Positions 1-11,219 of a stretch of DNA of 64,000 nt are shown in pieces. Origin of the DNA: Octopus vulgaris (lineage: Eukaryota); assembly GCA_951406725.2 (NCBI GenBank), contig OX597816.1:115940001-116004000 (forward strand), given 5' to 3'. Numbering within the stretch: position 1 is the stretch's first letter; each line of letters begins with the position of its first letter. The position numbers and the translations under genes are program-made. The notes under the pieces are model-generated. The model ran no database searches. It saw only the letters and a list, made by a program, of their open reading frames with translations, and was not told the origin of the DNA.

Positions 1-337
1 GAGAAGCTCTGTATTTTCCAAAAAGATACTATTATTTAGAAGAAGTATCCGAGAACAGCTGATACTACAAACTAGTAAATTGTTAAAAAGTAGAACTTAT
101 GACGACTGATTTAGGTTGCCTAACAGATAAAAGGGAGCAGTGATAATGGAGACAACAGGACGAGTAGCACGTGTGTGTGTAATTATCTTTAGGAATGCGT
201 GCGATAGACCAGTTAATTGAGCGAGTTTAAGTGATAGATGGTGAACATCTGAGAAGAGATAGAGAAAAGACATACCTAGAAAAACAAAGGGTGATAGAGA
301 CAGGCACCAATATATCTCTCAAACTAAAAAGAAGGAA

Positions 338-338
338 T

Positions 339-408
<70 letters not shown>
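338..408. repeat. (GATA)n microsatellite
   Basis: Perfect tandem GATA units; explains ORF 227..454 (YLSI repeats). Confidence 0.97.
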
Positions 409-579
409 AGCAGATTTGGTTCACAACATGGCAAGGGTTAATACAGCAGAACAAAAAGGTTACTCAAAAATAGAAACACATCGTGGCGAAAGAGAAACTA
501 GAGATCAAGCAAACCAAATTATGTACAAGTCATTCGCCATTACATAAATCCAAGTGTAGCATTTTCATGCGCGTGCGTT

Positions 580-580
<1 letters not shown>

Positions 581-620
<40 letters not shown>

Positions 621-698
621 GTGTATGTATATATAATATATACATATATATACATATTTATATATATATATATACATATGTGTGCGTGTGTATATATA

Positions 699-769
<71 letters not shown>
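581..769. repeat. (TA)n microsatellite cluster, representative of many in the window
   Basis: Long TA runs with CA/TG interruptions; similar tracts at about 7665-7870, 8420-8517, 16455-16690, 29610-29780, 38400-38950, 52715-52815, 62695-62803. They generate the YIYI ORFs. Confidence 0.97.
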
Positions 770-772
<3 letters not shown>

Positions 773-1064
773 GTAATCTCTGTGTCAGTTAGTATTATTT
801 TCAGAGAAAACCATATGAATTGATATGAAAGCCATATGCTTGATGCCAATTGTAGCAGAAATGTGTTGAAGTAGTTATAACAATTCATACCTTAGTTCTG
901 AAATGGTGGCGTATTTAAGGAAAGTTACACGTTTCGAGATTTAAATATATATACAGATTACAGCTGTCACACATACTTGGACGGTCACACACACAGATGT
1001 ATATGTGTGTGTGTGTGTGCATATATTATATATGTGAGTATAGAAAGAGATAGATAAATGTACA

Positions 1065-1452
1065 TTCTTTTTTTACTTTTATTCTTTTATTTGTTTCAGT
1101 TATTTTACTGCGGCCATGCTGATGCACTGCCTTTAGTCGAACAAATCGATCCTAATACTTATTCTATCAGTCTCTTTTGCCGAACCACTGAGTTACGGGG
1201 ATGTTAACACACCAACGTCGGTTGTCAAGCGAACGGGGAGGGGGCAAACACAGACACACAAACATATACTTATATACACACATATATACGACGGGCTTCT
1301 TTCAGTTTCCGTCTACCAAATCCACTCACAAGGTTTTGATCGGCCTGAGGCTATAGTAGAAGACGCTTGCTCAAGGTTCCACGCAGTGGGACTGAACCCG
1401 GGAGCATGTGGTTGATAGGCAAGCTACTTACCACAAAGCAACTCCTGCTCCT
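1065..1452 (-). mobile_element. tRNA-derived SINE, family A (CORE-like domain, internal TA/TG microsatellite)
   Basis: Reverse complement matches the copies at 32001, 50628 and 62280: A-box-like head, GGTTCAGTCCC B-box, ACCTTGRGCAAG CORE-like segment, internal microsatellite, TAAAAGA-type tail. Confidence 0.9.
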
Positions 1453-1473
1453 ATATACAAATATACTAATATA

Positions 1474-1681
1474 TTCTTTTCTTCTTTAGATACAAGGCCA
1501 GAAATTTTTGGGGGGGGGATAGTCAATTAGATCGACCCCAGTATGCAACTGGCACTTAATCTATCGACCCCGAAAAGCTAATGTCGACCCCGGTGGAATT
1601 TGAACTCAAAACGTAAAGTCAGATGAAATACCGCTAAACATTTCGCCCGGTGTGCTAACGTTTCTGCCCGCTCGCCGCCTT
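1474..1681 (-). mobile_element. tRNA-derived SINE, family B
   Basis: Minus strand starts AAGGCGGCGAGCGGGCAGAAACGTTAGCAC, has a GAGTTCAAATTCC B-box and a GGGGTCGAT...AAGTRCCAG segment; homologous to 13618, 44047, 44281 and 51687. Confidence 0.9.
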
Positions 1682-2725
1682 ATATATATTATGTACTATA
1701 TAAGGCATGTGTATATATGTATATATCAAATATGCATATATATGTATGTATATATGAAAACACTCTTACACACACCCATAAATAAGTAAATAAACATGCA
1801 CAAATATATATCTAGGTATGTTAAGTACATATGTGTATCTTGGGTGACTTTTTATAATTATTTGCGTGCTTGTATGCATCGTATACATATTTATCAGCCA
1901 TGGCTATAAATTAGTTTTAAATAGGGAGCATTTATCATCAGCAAAGTGGTTACTCCTTGTCACAATTACCACCAGGATACCTATATATGTGTGTCACTCA
2001 CGTAAATAACTGAAATGTAGATTCAAACTCCAAGATAATCTAACGTTGTTTACAGTAAAGTTTTAACAACTTGTGTGACGCCATTGGTGCTAACATATCC
2101 GAATTTGCTCTTTTCTGACATGACATCAGTACTGTGAAAGGGTTTTATCTACTACGGGAACAACAGCTGGTTCAACACATCACACTGACCCAGTTATATT
2201 CTTTGGAGAGGATATTTCAGCTTTGCTTATCAACATCGAAACAAGATTGAAACCTAATCAGAAGTAGTTTTTTGTTGCTGTTTTCAGCCCCCTATCCCCC
2301 CACCAAAAAAAAGCTGCTGGGATAATAGACAAACTTATATCCAAGAAATACAGAGGCACCTTTAGTACTTTATGGAGGATTTGCACAACGTAGATGAGCA
2401 TGTGCCACGAAAAATAATTGATAGCGATATAAGCAGTATTAATATGATTCTCATTTGTTAACGATATACATACGATTGCTTTTTATGCACCAAGAGTCCA
2501 TATGAGAGCCCCTCTCAAGACACATAACGCAGTATTCTGAGTTCTAACGCAACATCCAAATTAAGTTCGAGATAGATTGCTGTTTAGGAACAAAATTTAG
2601 TTGATTTCATGGTTCAAATGGACATTTTAACAAATCATTAAATAATTAGCATAAAACAAAAAGTTTACAAATGAGTCTTAAGTTTATAGTAGCCAAGTCT
2701 ATGATTATAGATTTTCTTTGAATAA

Positions 2726-2940
2726 CCGTTTCAAATTTTGTCACATGACCAGCAATTTTAAGGTGGGGAGGGTTAGTCGATGACGTCGACCTCAGTGCTG
2801 GACTGGTACTTATAACATCGACACCGAAAGAACGAAAGCAAATCGACCTCCGCTGAATTTGTCTTCAGAGCGTATAGGCGGACGAAATGCTGCCAAGTAT
2901 ATTGCCTGTCGTGATAAAATATTCTAGCAGCCCGCAGCCT
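2726..2940 (-). mobile_element. SINE family B, diverged, with TSD
   Basis: Homologous to other family B copies; flanked by ATTTTCTTTGAATAA (2711-2725) and ATTCTCTTTAAATAA (2942-2956). Confidence 0.85.
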
Positions 2941-3722
2941 AATTCTCTTTAAATAAAGAAAGATAATTCATTTGGTAGTTATTTAACTAACCTCAGTTTT
3001 ACAATGTCTTGAATGTGTAAATAATTGTTAAATTGTAAAGAATTTCTAAGTCATTTCTTCTAAAAGTTTGCAGTATATTCTTCGTTTGTTTTCTATGTTA
3101 TATCTTATCGTTTCAACGTAAGGAATATAGTATATTATACACAAGCTCTTCCACTCTTATCATTGGTCTGTCTACAGCAAGATTAACTGCTTCATACTAT
3201 CTAATATGGCATCTGTTTACATCATCAGTAACATAGGAAATTGATAAGGCTGAGCAGCATTGCTGCTGTGGTTCAAGCCTACGTTGCCTGGTATGTTCCC
3301 TATTCTTAAAGCACGTCCAGTCAGGATTACTGTTGCTGAGAATGCCTTCCAAGATAATCGTTCATTATCATTTCTATAGAAAATCAACTCTACCTAAAAT
3401 CGTATAATGGAGTGATCGCCTGACTTTATCGCTTTAGGTATGGTTTAATTTATTGTACAGGTCTAACTATTAGGAAATGGATTTGATTAAATGTAAACTT
3501 ATTAAATTACTATTTTAATTTTCCCAGCGATTAAACAGTTCCTAATAAAGTAAAATTTGTTGTCCAATTAGACGTGCAAATTGGTAAGAGATTTCTGCTG
3601 TATTTGTCAAGTTCACACAGACACGCACACACGCATACACACATATATATTTAATTTGTTTACGGAAAACGTTTTGAATATGCAAATAAAGCTCTTATTC
3701 TACTATGCCGGACGCATCGAGC

Positions 3723-3884
3723 TGATCATCTTCATAGTTTCATTTCTTCGGACGATATAACATTAATGGAGGTTTAACAGAGGGATGTTTATCAGTTCAC
3801 ACTGATCAAAAGGGATCAGCATCTTTCTGTTAAACATCCACTAATGTTATATTGCCTGAAGAAATGAATCCATGAAGATGATCA
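3723..3884. repeat. Inverted repeat / long hairpin (71-nt arms, 20-nt loop)
   Basis: Arm 3723-3793 versus reverse complement of 3814-3884: 60/71 identical, no gaps. Confidence 0.92.
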
Positions 3885-4203
3885 AACCAATGCCCACGGA
3901 TACTACGGACTACATTGTGATCATCCCAAGAATACGGACTCTAATCTTAAGAGAAATGTGATGTGTGGAAAAGTACGTAGTGATTAATTAATTGTTTATA
4001 AATTCCATCCAAGTATTAATGATTGTTATTATTACTGTATATATAAAATAGACTGGAGTTTATTTGGCAAAAAAAAAACCATCCCCAAATACAATATCTG
4101 TTTCAACATACGACTTCAAATCAGGAATTTTGCAACACAAATTCATAAATATATAAAAATATATATGTGTGTGTTTGTGTGTATGTGCGTGATAAATATA
4201 TAT

Positions 4204-4671
4204 AATCAAAATAAGCAACAGGATATCAAGAAGTGATGCAGTACGACCGTTTGAAACGGCTCCATTTAATTGAACAATTCAATCATTACATCAGTTTAAA
4301 TGCAGAGCGATCATCAGCTGCACAAATACTCTAACTGAGCAAGAAGATGGAAAAAATCCATGTTGTCGGTATTGTAGCTAAGAATATGCTACACCTCCAA
4401 GAAGAGCATGAAACTCACTGGTGTCACAGCTTGTAAAGGATTGTGGTTTATTCCTAATTTATTTGGCTTTTTTATCAACTACTAAATCTAAGATTACAGG
4501 ACTGTGTCTGCAATGAAGGGCAAGAGTGAGTTAAAAGCTCATGGCTAGGTATGGTCATAAATATTGTCAATTAGGTATAGAGTAACTGTCTATAAAAGGA
4601 GGCTGGGTAGGAGAATAACCTAACTTATGATGTTAATTACCAGTTAAAGAGGCAAGACGCTAATAAAACCT
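4204..4671 (-). mobile_element. Putative non-autonomous Penelope-associated element (3' or pseudo-LTR fragment) bounded by TA repeats
   Basis: About 470-bp non-repetitive block between TA runs with a hammerhead-like fold about 30 nt from one end. No ORF recognised; class is inferred. Confidence 0.45.
4236..4323 (-). ncRNA. Type I hammerhead-ribozyme-like fold with long stem II (G12C, probably inactive in this copy)
   Basis: Minus: GTGCAG-CTGATGA-[GCTC..CATTTAA...TTAAATG-GAGC]-CAAA-CGGTCG-TA-CTGCAT. Stem I 6 bp, intact CUGAUGA, near-palindromic stem III ACGGTCGT, GUA triplet. Confidence 0.7.
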
Positions 4672-4912
4672 ATATATATATATATATATATATATAATAC
4701 AGTGTACATTTAAACACATTAAGAGGTATCCATCATAGGACTACCTTACACTAAGAAGAACAGCTAAAGTCCAAACTACTAATTAGGGATAAATTAGGGA
4801 ATGAAAAATAAAAACATTTACCATCTATTTCCTGGACCAAGGTTTTTGACTTTTTTTTAGCAAATAAAATAATTTGCCGGGCGAAGTCTTCGCCAACAGG
4901 TACGCCAAGATT

Positions 4913-4986
<74 letters not shown>

Positions 4987-4989
<3 letters not shown>

Positions 4990-5287
4990 GGCGCGTAGCT
5001 TAGTGGTTAGAGCATTCGGTTCACGATCGTAGGGTTGTGTGTTTGATTCCCGGCGATGCGTTGTATCCTTGAGCAAGACACTTTATTTCATGTTGCTCCA
5101 GTCCACCCAGCTGGCAAAAATGAGTTATACCTGCATTTCAAAGGGCCAGCCTTGTTATACTCTGTGTCACGCTGAATCTCCTTGAGAACTACGTTAAGGG
5201 CACACGTGTCTGTGGAATGTTCAGCCACTTGCACGTTAATTTCATTCTTCAGCTGGGACCCACGTCGTCGTAATCGACGGAATGCTC
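4987..5287 (+). mobile_element. tRNA-derived SINE, family C head (V-domain-like) with tail shared with 58552-58937
   Basis: A-box TAGCTTAGTGG, B-box GTTTGATTCC, central TCCTTGAGCAAGACACTT...TTGCTCCAGTCCAC; tail TTTCAAAGGGCCAGCCTTGT...CGACGGARTGCTC. Confidence 0.9.
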
Positions 5288-7755
5288 CTTCAGTTGTCTA
5301 GGGCTTGTTTCTCAACATAGCTGCTGAACTATTGTTATTACGAAGCTTTGCATGTTCTACCGTTCTGTTATGGAAGCACATGTGCCCATTGATATTACAT
5401 CGATCGAAATCGCTTATTCCTTTCATATTAATGAAGTATGCACAGGTGTTTACAATGGAACTGCTTCACTGATTAATCAAAAAGGTGGAGACACAAGTAC
5501 GTTTGTCGACGCTTGTGTGCTTAGTCGCATAAACGGGCAGCAGCGCCATTTGACTCATCCAAAAGATGTTTCAGTAGATATGTCTATAAATGAATTAGAG
5601 GCTTTAGCGCAATGCTCTAAAAGCTTAAGACATAGACAAGTCTTTTGATGTCAACCTGCCTGGATTTATACGGTTGTTGAAAAAAGCAGATTGTCAGTTT
5701 GTGTATCGACGTTCAAATCACTGAGTACTAGAAATATAAGAACATGTACCAGTTGCTAAGAAAAGTATTTTAAGCATTCTACATCTCAGAAACTAATATA
5801 AAACAAGATATCATAATTAAACTTTTGGAGCCAAATTTATAACCGGAAGTATAAGCCCTCTCAACATCTTTTTTATTTTACAAACCATAAGTGACTCTAT
5901 TTTTCCATGTGTGTGTTTTTAACTCGTAAATTAGTATAAGTTTCATATGTTTAGATTCACGATAAAACACGAGAAGTTTATACAGGGCCACATTTGTATA
6001 GTGTCTAAAATGCTGAGACGCAATTGATTTCTGCCTATATATCAGCTATGGAAAAATTATGCTAGAACATGAACGAGTTCATTTAAATTTCACTCTCGCA
6101 AAAACAGTCGTTACTTCATAAATATATGCACAATACTAATGAAATTTTATTCATGTATGAAACAGCCTACTTATTGAAAGTAAAATAATATACATTGAAT
6201 GTTTATCGGTTTTACTGTTTTATTTTTGAAGCTTGTAATTAATTATGGTTCATCAATGCTTGTGAATTAAATAACGAAAATGTATTATTAAAAATTATTA
6301 CACATCAAAATTTACGAGTTCTAAACATATTTGGGTAACAGGGCTAATAAATAGGCTATGTTACGATATGCAATAAATTTAGTTTAGTTGCAAGAAATGT
6401 TATATTCAAATCTAAGTGTTATTTATTAAAAATATTAATAATAACGAAACATTTGGTTAATTAAAGATGCAAGAAAGGGTGAAAATATCGTGCCAGAAAT
6501 TTCATTGATACTTACAGATATGCACAACTAATTTTTATCTGTATATCTTTGATACCTTCAGCTGAAGATTATACTAAAGCACCAAAATATTTGGTATATT
6601 ATTCAATTATCGAGACATAATTGTGGATGATTTTGATTTTCAAGCATGCGATGAAACTGGGAATTTGAAACGATTTTGTATATTTATTAAAATACATTAT
6701 ACTTTGAATGTTGCAAAAAAAAAAAAAGAAATTAAACAGTACTTGATTATGCTCTACAAGAAAATAAACAAGTTACGTGGATGTATTAAGTCAAAACACG
6801 TGATATGACAATTGCATCTGTAACTTTCAATGATGGCTATTTTTTCAAATATTTTTGTTGCAAAACTGTGGAACTGAGCAATTTATTTTAATATACAGCA
6901 GAATGATTTTCTGTCTGCATCTGGAAACGTTCTAAAGAATAAATTATTTATATTTATGGAGGGAACTTGAGCGTGTATCGTACGTGCACATGTGCACTCG
7001 CGTCTTTGTGTTCGGCTGAGACTATCAGTGCGTGTATGAGCGTATGCACAGAATTCTTCGTCTGACTACCTAGTTAAACAGATATAGCATTAATTTACTG
7101 AGGGAGTGTGAGTGAGTTGTTTCGTGACAAGTACAATGTATGAGAAAAGAGGACATTAAAACTTCAGCCAAATAAACATCATTCTAGTAAAAACAGTAAA
7201 AACTCAACAGTATTTTTTCTCCGTATGCATTTTATAACCAGCAACAAATTAATATTTTTAGTTTCAATACATATTAATTATTCCTCTATTATCATAATAT
7301 TTGTTTCTTGGAGTTGTATGTTTTTGCTTATTACATATATACATATATATTGTTTGCTAACCTTAAATTTTCTTGTATCAATATTTTTCATTTCATTTTG
7401 TGAAATATCTCAATGATAGAAATATTAAAGTTTTGTTCATTAGCATAGTAATAGAATACATTTTTATGACGTTGGAGCTCAAAAAACTTCAGCACTAGAT
7501 AGTGTTTTGTGTTTGAATATTTATTACCTATTCGCTAATGTTCCGACAGGTAAGCATTCATATTTACTTATATACTCACATGAATATTCACTCACGTTAA
7601 TACACACAGACATACACATACACACACTTATGTGCGTATAAGTGTATGTGGAATTGTTTTAACGTATATATATATATATATATATATATACTTATACATA
7701 CATATATATATATGTGTGTGTGTAGATTAATATATAGATTAAATATATAATATAT

Positions 7756-7871
<116 letters not shown>

Positions 7872-8114
7872 CAGTAATAAAGCAGGTTGCACTGTTTCGC
7901 CAAAATGGGGAATTATAATTGTTACTAAATGTTACTAGGGTGTTAAAAAACAACTACATCGCTAGAAATAAAAGCGAAAATACTCTAATGGTGTAGTTAA
8001 TGCACATTAATGAAGACATATAGACTAAAAAGAAAGATAATTGTCCGCAAATTCCGATCGTGTTATACATATATATATATATAACACGAGGATGGAAGTC
8101 AACAAGATATAATG

Positions 8115-8340
8115 GTAGATCACTACGTACGTTTCTGCTCTCCAAATCAGCTTTAAGGTTCATATTCATTGAACAATGATATACCACTAAAGCCTGGTGA
8201 CTTCCGTCCTGGTGTTATATAATCATTAATCCTCAGCAGAAAGAAGTTTCCCATGTATACCCATACCCGCAGAAACGCCGAGATATAATAACGTGGTAGC
8301 CAAATAAAAGAATAGATGAGAGCTCTTAAGCGCGCGTTAC
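8115..8340 (-). ncRNA. Degenerate hammerhead-like fold with about 175-nt insert in stem II
   Basis: Minus: CTTAAGA (8330-8324), GCTCTC...GAGAGC 6-bp stem II, A-GAAA, perfect palindrome ACGTACGT (8125-8132), GUA triplet. Stem I is weak. Confidence 0.45.
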
Positions 8341-8469
8341 GAGGTTTTTGCCCAAAACACACGAAACATATACAATATATATATATATGTGTGTGTGTGT
8401 GTCTGTGTACATTATATATGTATGTATATATGTATGTATATATATATACATACATATATACATATATAT

Positions 8470-8521
<52 letters not shown>

Positions 8522-8568
8522 CCCCCTTCTCTCCTCCCCCCTCTTCTCCTCTCTCCACACTACACCAC

Positions 8569-10794
8569 GGTATCCTCTACTGTCCGCGACCTCATCTCGT
8601 CCTCCCGTCTCCCCCACATCGCATCCATCCTAATTGTGCGAATCCCACGTACCCCCACCATTTACTTCCTCCCCAAAATCCACAAACCCAACAACCCTGG
8701 CCGCCCCATCGTCTCCGCCTGTAACTGCCCCACGGAGCTCATCTCTAAATACCTCGACCGTGTCCTTGCCCCCTAGTGGCATCTCTTCCCTCCCACATCC
8801 ACGATACCAACCATGCTCTCCGGCTTTTCAACTCTTTCTCCTTTCCTCCCGGCTCCTCCAAAATCCTTTTTACTATGGACATCCAAAGCCTCTATACTGT
8901 TATCCCTCACCACGAAGGACTGCAGGCCCTTCAACACTTTCTTGACCTCCGCTCCAACCCTGAACCTGACACCTCCACACTCATTCGTCTGGCCGAACTT
9001 GTCCTTACTCTGAACTGCTTCTCGTTCACGGGCGAGTTCTACCATCAGATCTCGGGAGTGGCCATGGGAACGCGAATGGGCCCCAACTATGCGAACCTGT
9101 TCGTTGGCTATGTTGAGGCCCAAATATTCTCTAATTTCACTGGTCCCACTCCTGATCTATATGGTCGTTACATTGACGACATTATCGGTGCCACCTCACT
9201 CTCCCGTGAACATCTAGATTCCTTCCTCTCTTTCGTCCAATCTTTCCATCCAGCCCTCCACTTCACTTCCACTATCTCCAACACCTCTGTCTCCTTCCTC
9301 GACATTTCGGTTAGCATTCTTCACTCCACTCTTACCACCTCCATTCACTACAAACACACAGACTCACACTCATACCTCAACTTCTCTTCCTCCCACCCAG
9401 AACACACCAAGCTTTCCATCCCCTATTCCCAATTCCTCCGTCTACGTAGGCTCTGTAGTGACGACCACGACTTTGAGACTCAGTCTCAACGTATGGCTCA
9501 CCACTTCACCCTACGTGGATATTCCCTCACCACTATCCACACCGCCCTTGCCAGAGCACGGTCCGTGGACCGTGTATCTGCTCTCTCTCCCCGAACCCGC
9601 CCTGTAGTCTCCCGCCTCCCTTTTCCCCTCACTTACCACCCCACGACCCTGCCTCTCCAACGCACCATTCTTCGAGCTTTCCGTCATCTCCAGTCCGACC
9701 CGTCCACTTCACACCTCTTCCCTAACCGACCCCTCCCCTCTTTCAAACGAGCCCACAACCTTCGAGACCTTTTAGTCCATAGCTCCTTCCCTGACCCTAC
9801 CTCCCAACCCGGCTCGGTCCCCTGCTCCCACCCACGTTGCCGCACTTGCCCTTACCTCTCCAACACCACCCTCCTCACTAGCACCCATCATCGACCCTAT
9901 CGCATCATCAACTCCTTCACCTGCACCTCCAGCAATATTATCTATTGCGTCTCTTGCTCTCTCTGCCATTCCTTGTACATCGGACAAACGGGACGCCGCT
10001 TGGCTGACCGGTTCGCGGAACACCTTCGTGACATCCACCTTGCGAACGACACACCGGTCTCACGCCATTTCCGCTCCACCGGTCACTCCTTGCAACACCT
10101 GTCTGTGTTCGGTTTGTCCTTACACAGAGGCCATCCGGATTCCCGTTTGCGCCGTGAACAGGAATTAATCTTCTCTCTTCGCTCTTATACGCCATTTGGT
10201 CTCAACTCCCCCTCTCACCCCTACTTCTCTTCAGTCCTTCATCATTTCACCCCTACTCCCCTTCCCTTCTTCCCTCTTTCTCCCTCTTTCTCCCTTCTTC
10301 CCTCTTTCTCCCTCCCTCCTTCCCTCTTCTCCTTCCCTCTGCTCCCTCACTCCCCTTCTCTCTCCCCCTCTCCCTCTTTCCTCCTTCCTCCTCCCCCTCT
10401 TTCTCCCTCCCTCCTTCCCTCTTCCCCTTCCCTCTGCTCCCTTACTCCCCTTCTCTCCCCCCCACTCCCTCACTTCCCTTCCTCTTTCCCTTCCCTCTGC
10501 TCCCTCACTCCCCTTCTCTCTCCCCTCTCCCTCTTTCCTCCTTCCTCCTCCCCTTCCTTCTCCCCCTCCTCCCCTCACCCTATTCTCCCCCTCCTCTTCC
10601 GCCCTCCCCCTCTTCTCCTCTCTCCACACTACACCACACCACTTTACACATCACATCATATATACATACACACGTCCAGACCTCTCATACGCACTAATAC
10701 TCTCTCATACACACACACAGACACACCCTTATGTTGGAGTAGGTCATTCAACCCTATTATCTCCCCTAATTTCGCTCTCGTGTCTCATGTTTGA
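8569..10794 (+). pseudogene. Penelope-like reverse transcriptase / GIY-YIG endonuclease, N-terminally truncated, one frameshift at about 8769-8776
   Basis: Motifs [44 protein letters not shown] (YIDD at 9169-9180), FLD, linker C..PRCRTC, NIIYC..C..LYIGQTGRRLADRFAEH, terminal PFGLN (about 10206). ORFs 8348..8776 and 8776..10794 join if one C is added to the C-run. Confidence 0.93.
10230..10625 (+). repeat. Polypyrimidine tract with three about 37-bp internal repeats (3' region of the Penelope element)
   Basis: Almost only C/T; CTTCCCTCTGCTCCCTYACTCCCCTTCTCTC recurs at about 10332, 10427 and 10490. Confidence 0.9.
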
Positions 10795-10894
10795 TCTTTG
10801 ACTTCTGGCCGAAATCAGATCGCCATGTTGATTCGTTAGTTACTGCACGCATATTTTTTCTCTCCTTCTTTCTGTGTTTTTTTTTCTCTGTGTA

Positions 10895-10932
10895 TCTTTC
10901 TGTTGAAGAGCGTAGGCTCGAAACGTTAAAGA
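10895..10932 (+). ncRNA. Minimal type I hammerhead-like fold with variant core CUGUUGA
   Basis: TCTTT-CTGTTGA-A-GAGC(GTAG)GCTC-GAAA-CGT-T-AAAGA: stem I 5 bp, stem II 4 bp plus tetraloop, ACGT palindromic stem III, at the expected place in a Penelope 3' end. Confidence 0.72.
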
Positions 10933-11025
10933 CTTGTTTTATTTATATTTCCTGAGCGCCATACTAATAACATTGTTTGTTTGTTTTCCACCTGCCTTCG
11001 TCTTTTGTCTATTTTCATAAAGCTT

Positions 11026-11070
<45 letters not shown>

Positions 11071-11219
11071 CATATATATAGCAAAAAAGAAAATAGAGGG
11101 GATACAAAAATGACATACATAAGCCAGTAGACATTCTATTTATTCTAGAACATAAAGTAGTATTAAAAGAATACATACACATGCAAAGACTGTGTGTTAC
11201 AGTTACACACATATATATT

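Larger units (their letters stand above)
8518..11029 (+). mobile_element. Penelope-like retroelement (Neptune-type architecture), 5'-truncated, inserted in (TA)n
   Basis: GC-rich island flanked on both sides by TA runs; RT + Cys linker + GIY-YIG ORF; CT-rich 3' region; hammerhead-like fold near the 3' end; short duplicate of the 3' region at the 5' end. Confidence 0.95.

Noticed and set aside
918-945. GAAACGTGTA (minus) resembling a hammerhead 3' half
   Set aside because: No CUGANGA strand before the TA run.
5352-5648. Non-repetitive 98-aa ORF
   Set aside because: No recognisable motif or splice context; length is within chance expectation.
7880-7910. GGCGAAACAGTGCAA (minus), like a decayed GAAACAGCTGTA end
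   Set aside because: Palindrome broken and no core strand found; not counted.
8634-10801. Alternative-frame and antisense ORFs over the Penelope element
   Set aside because: By-products of C-rich, stop-poor composition.
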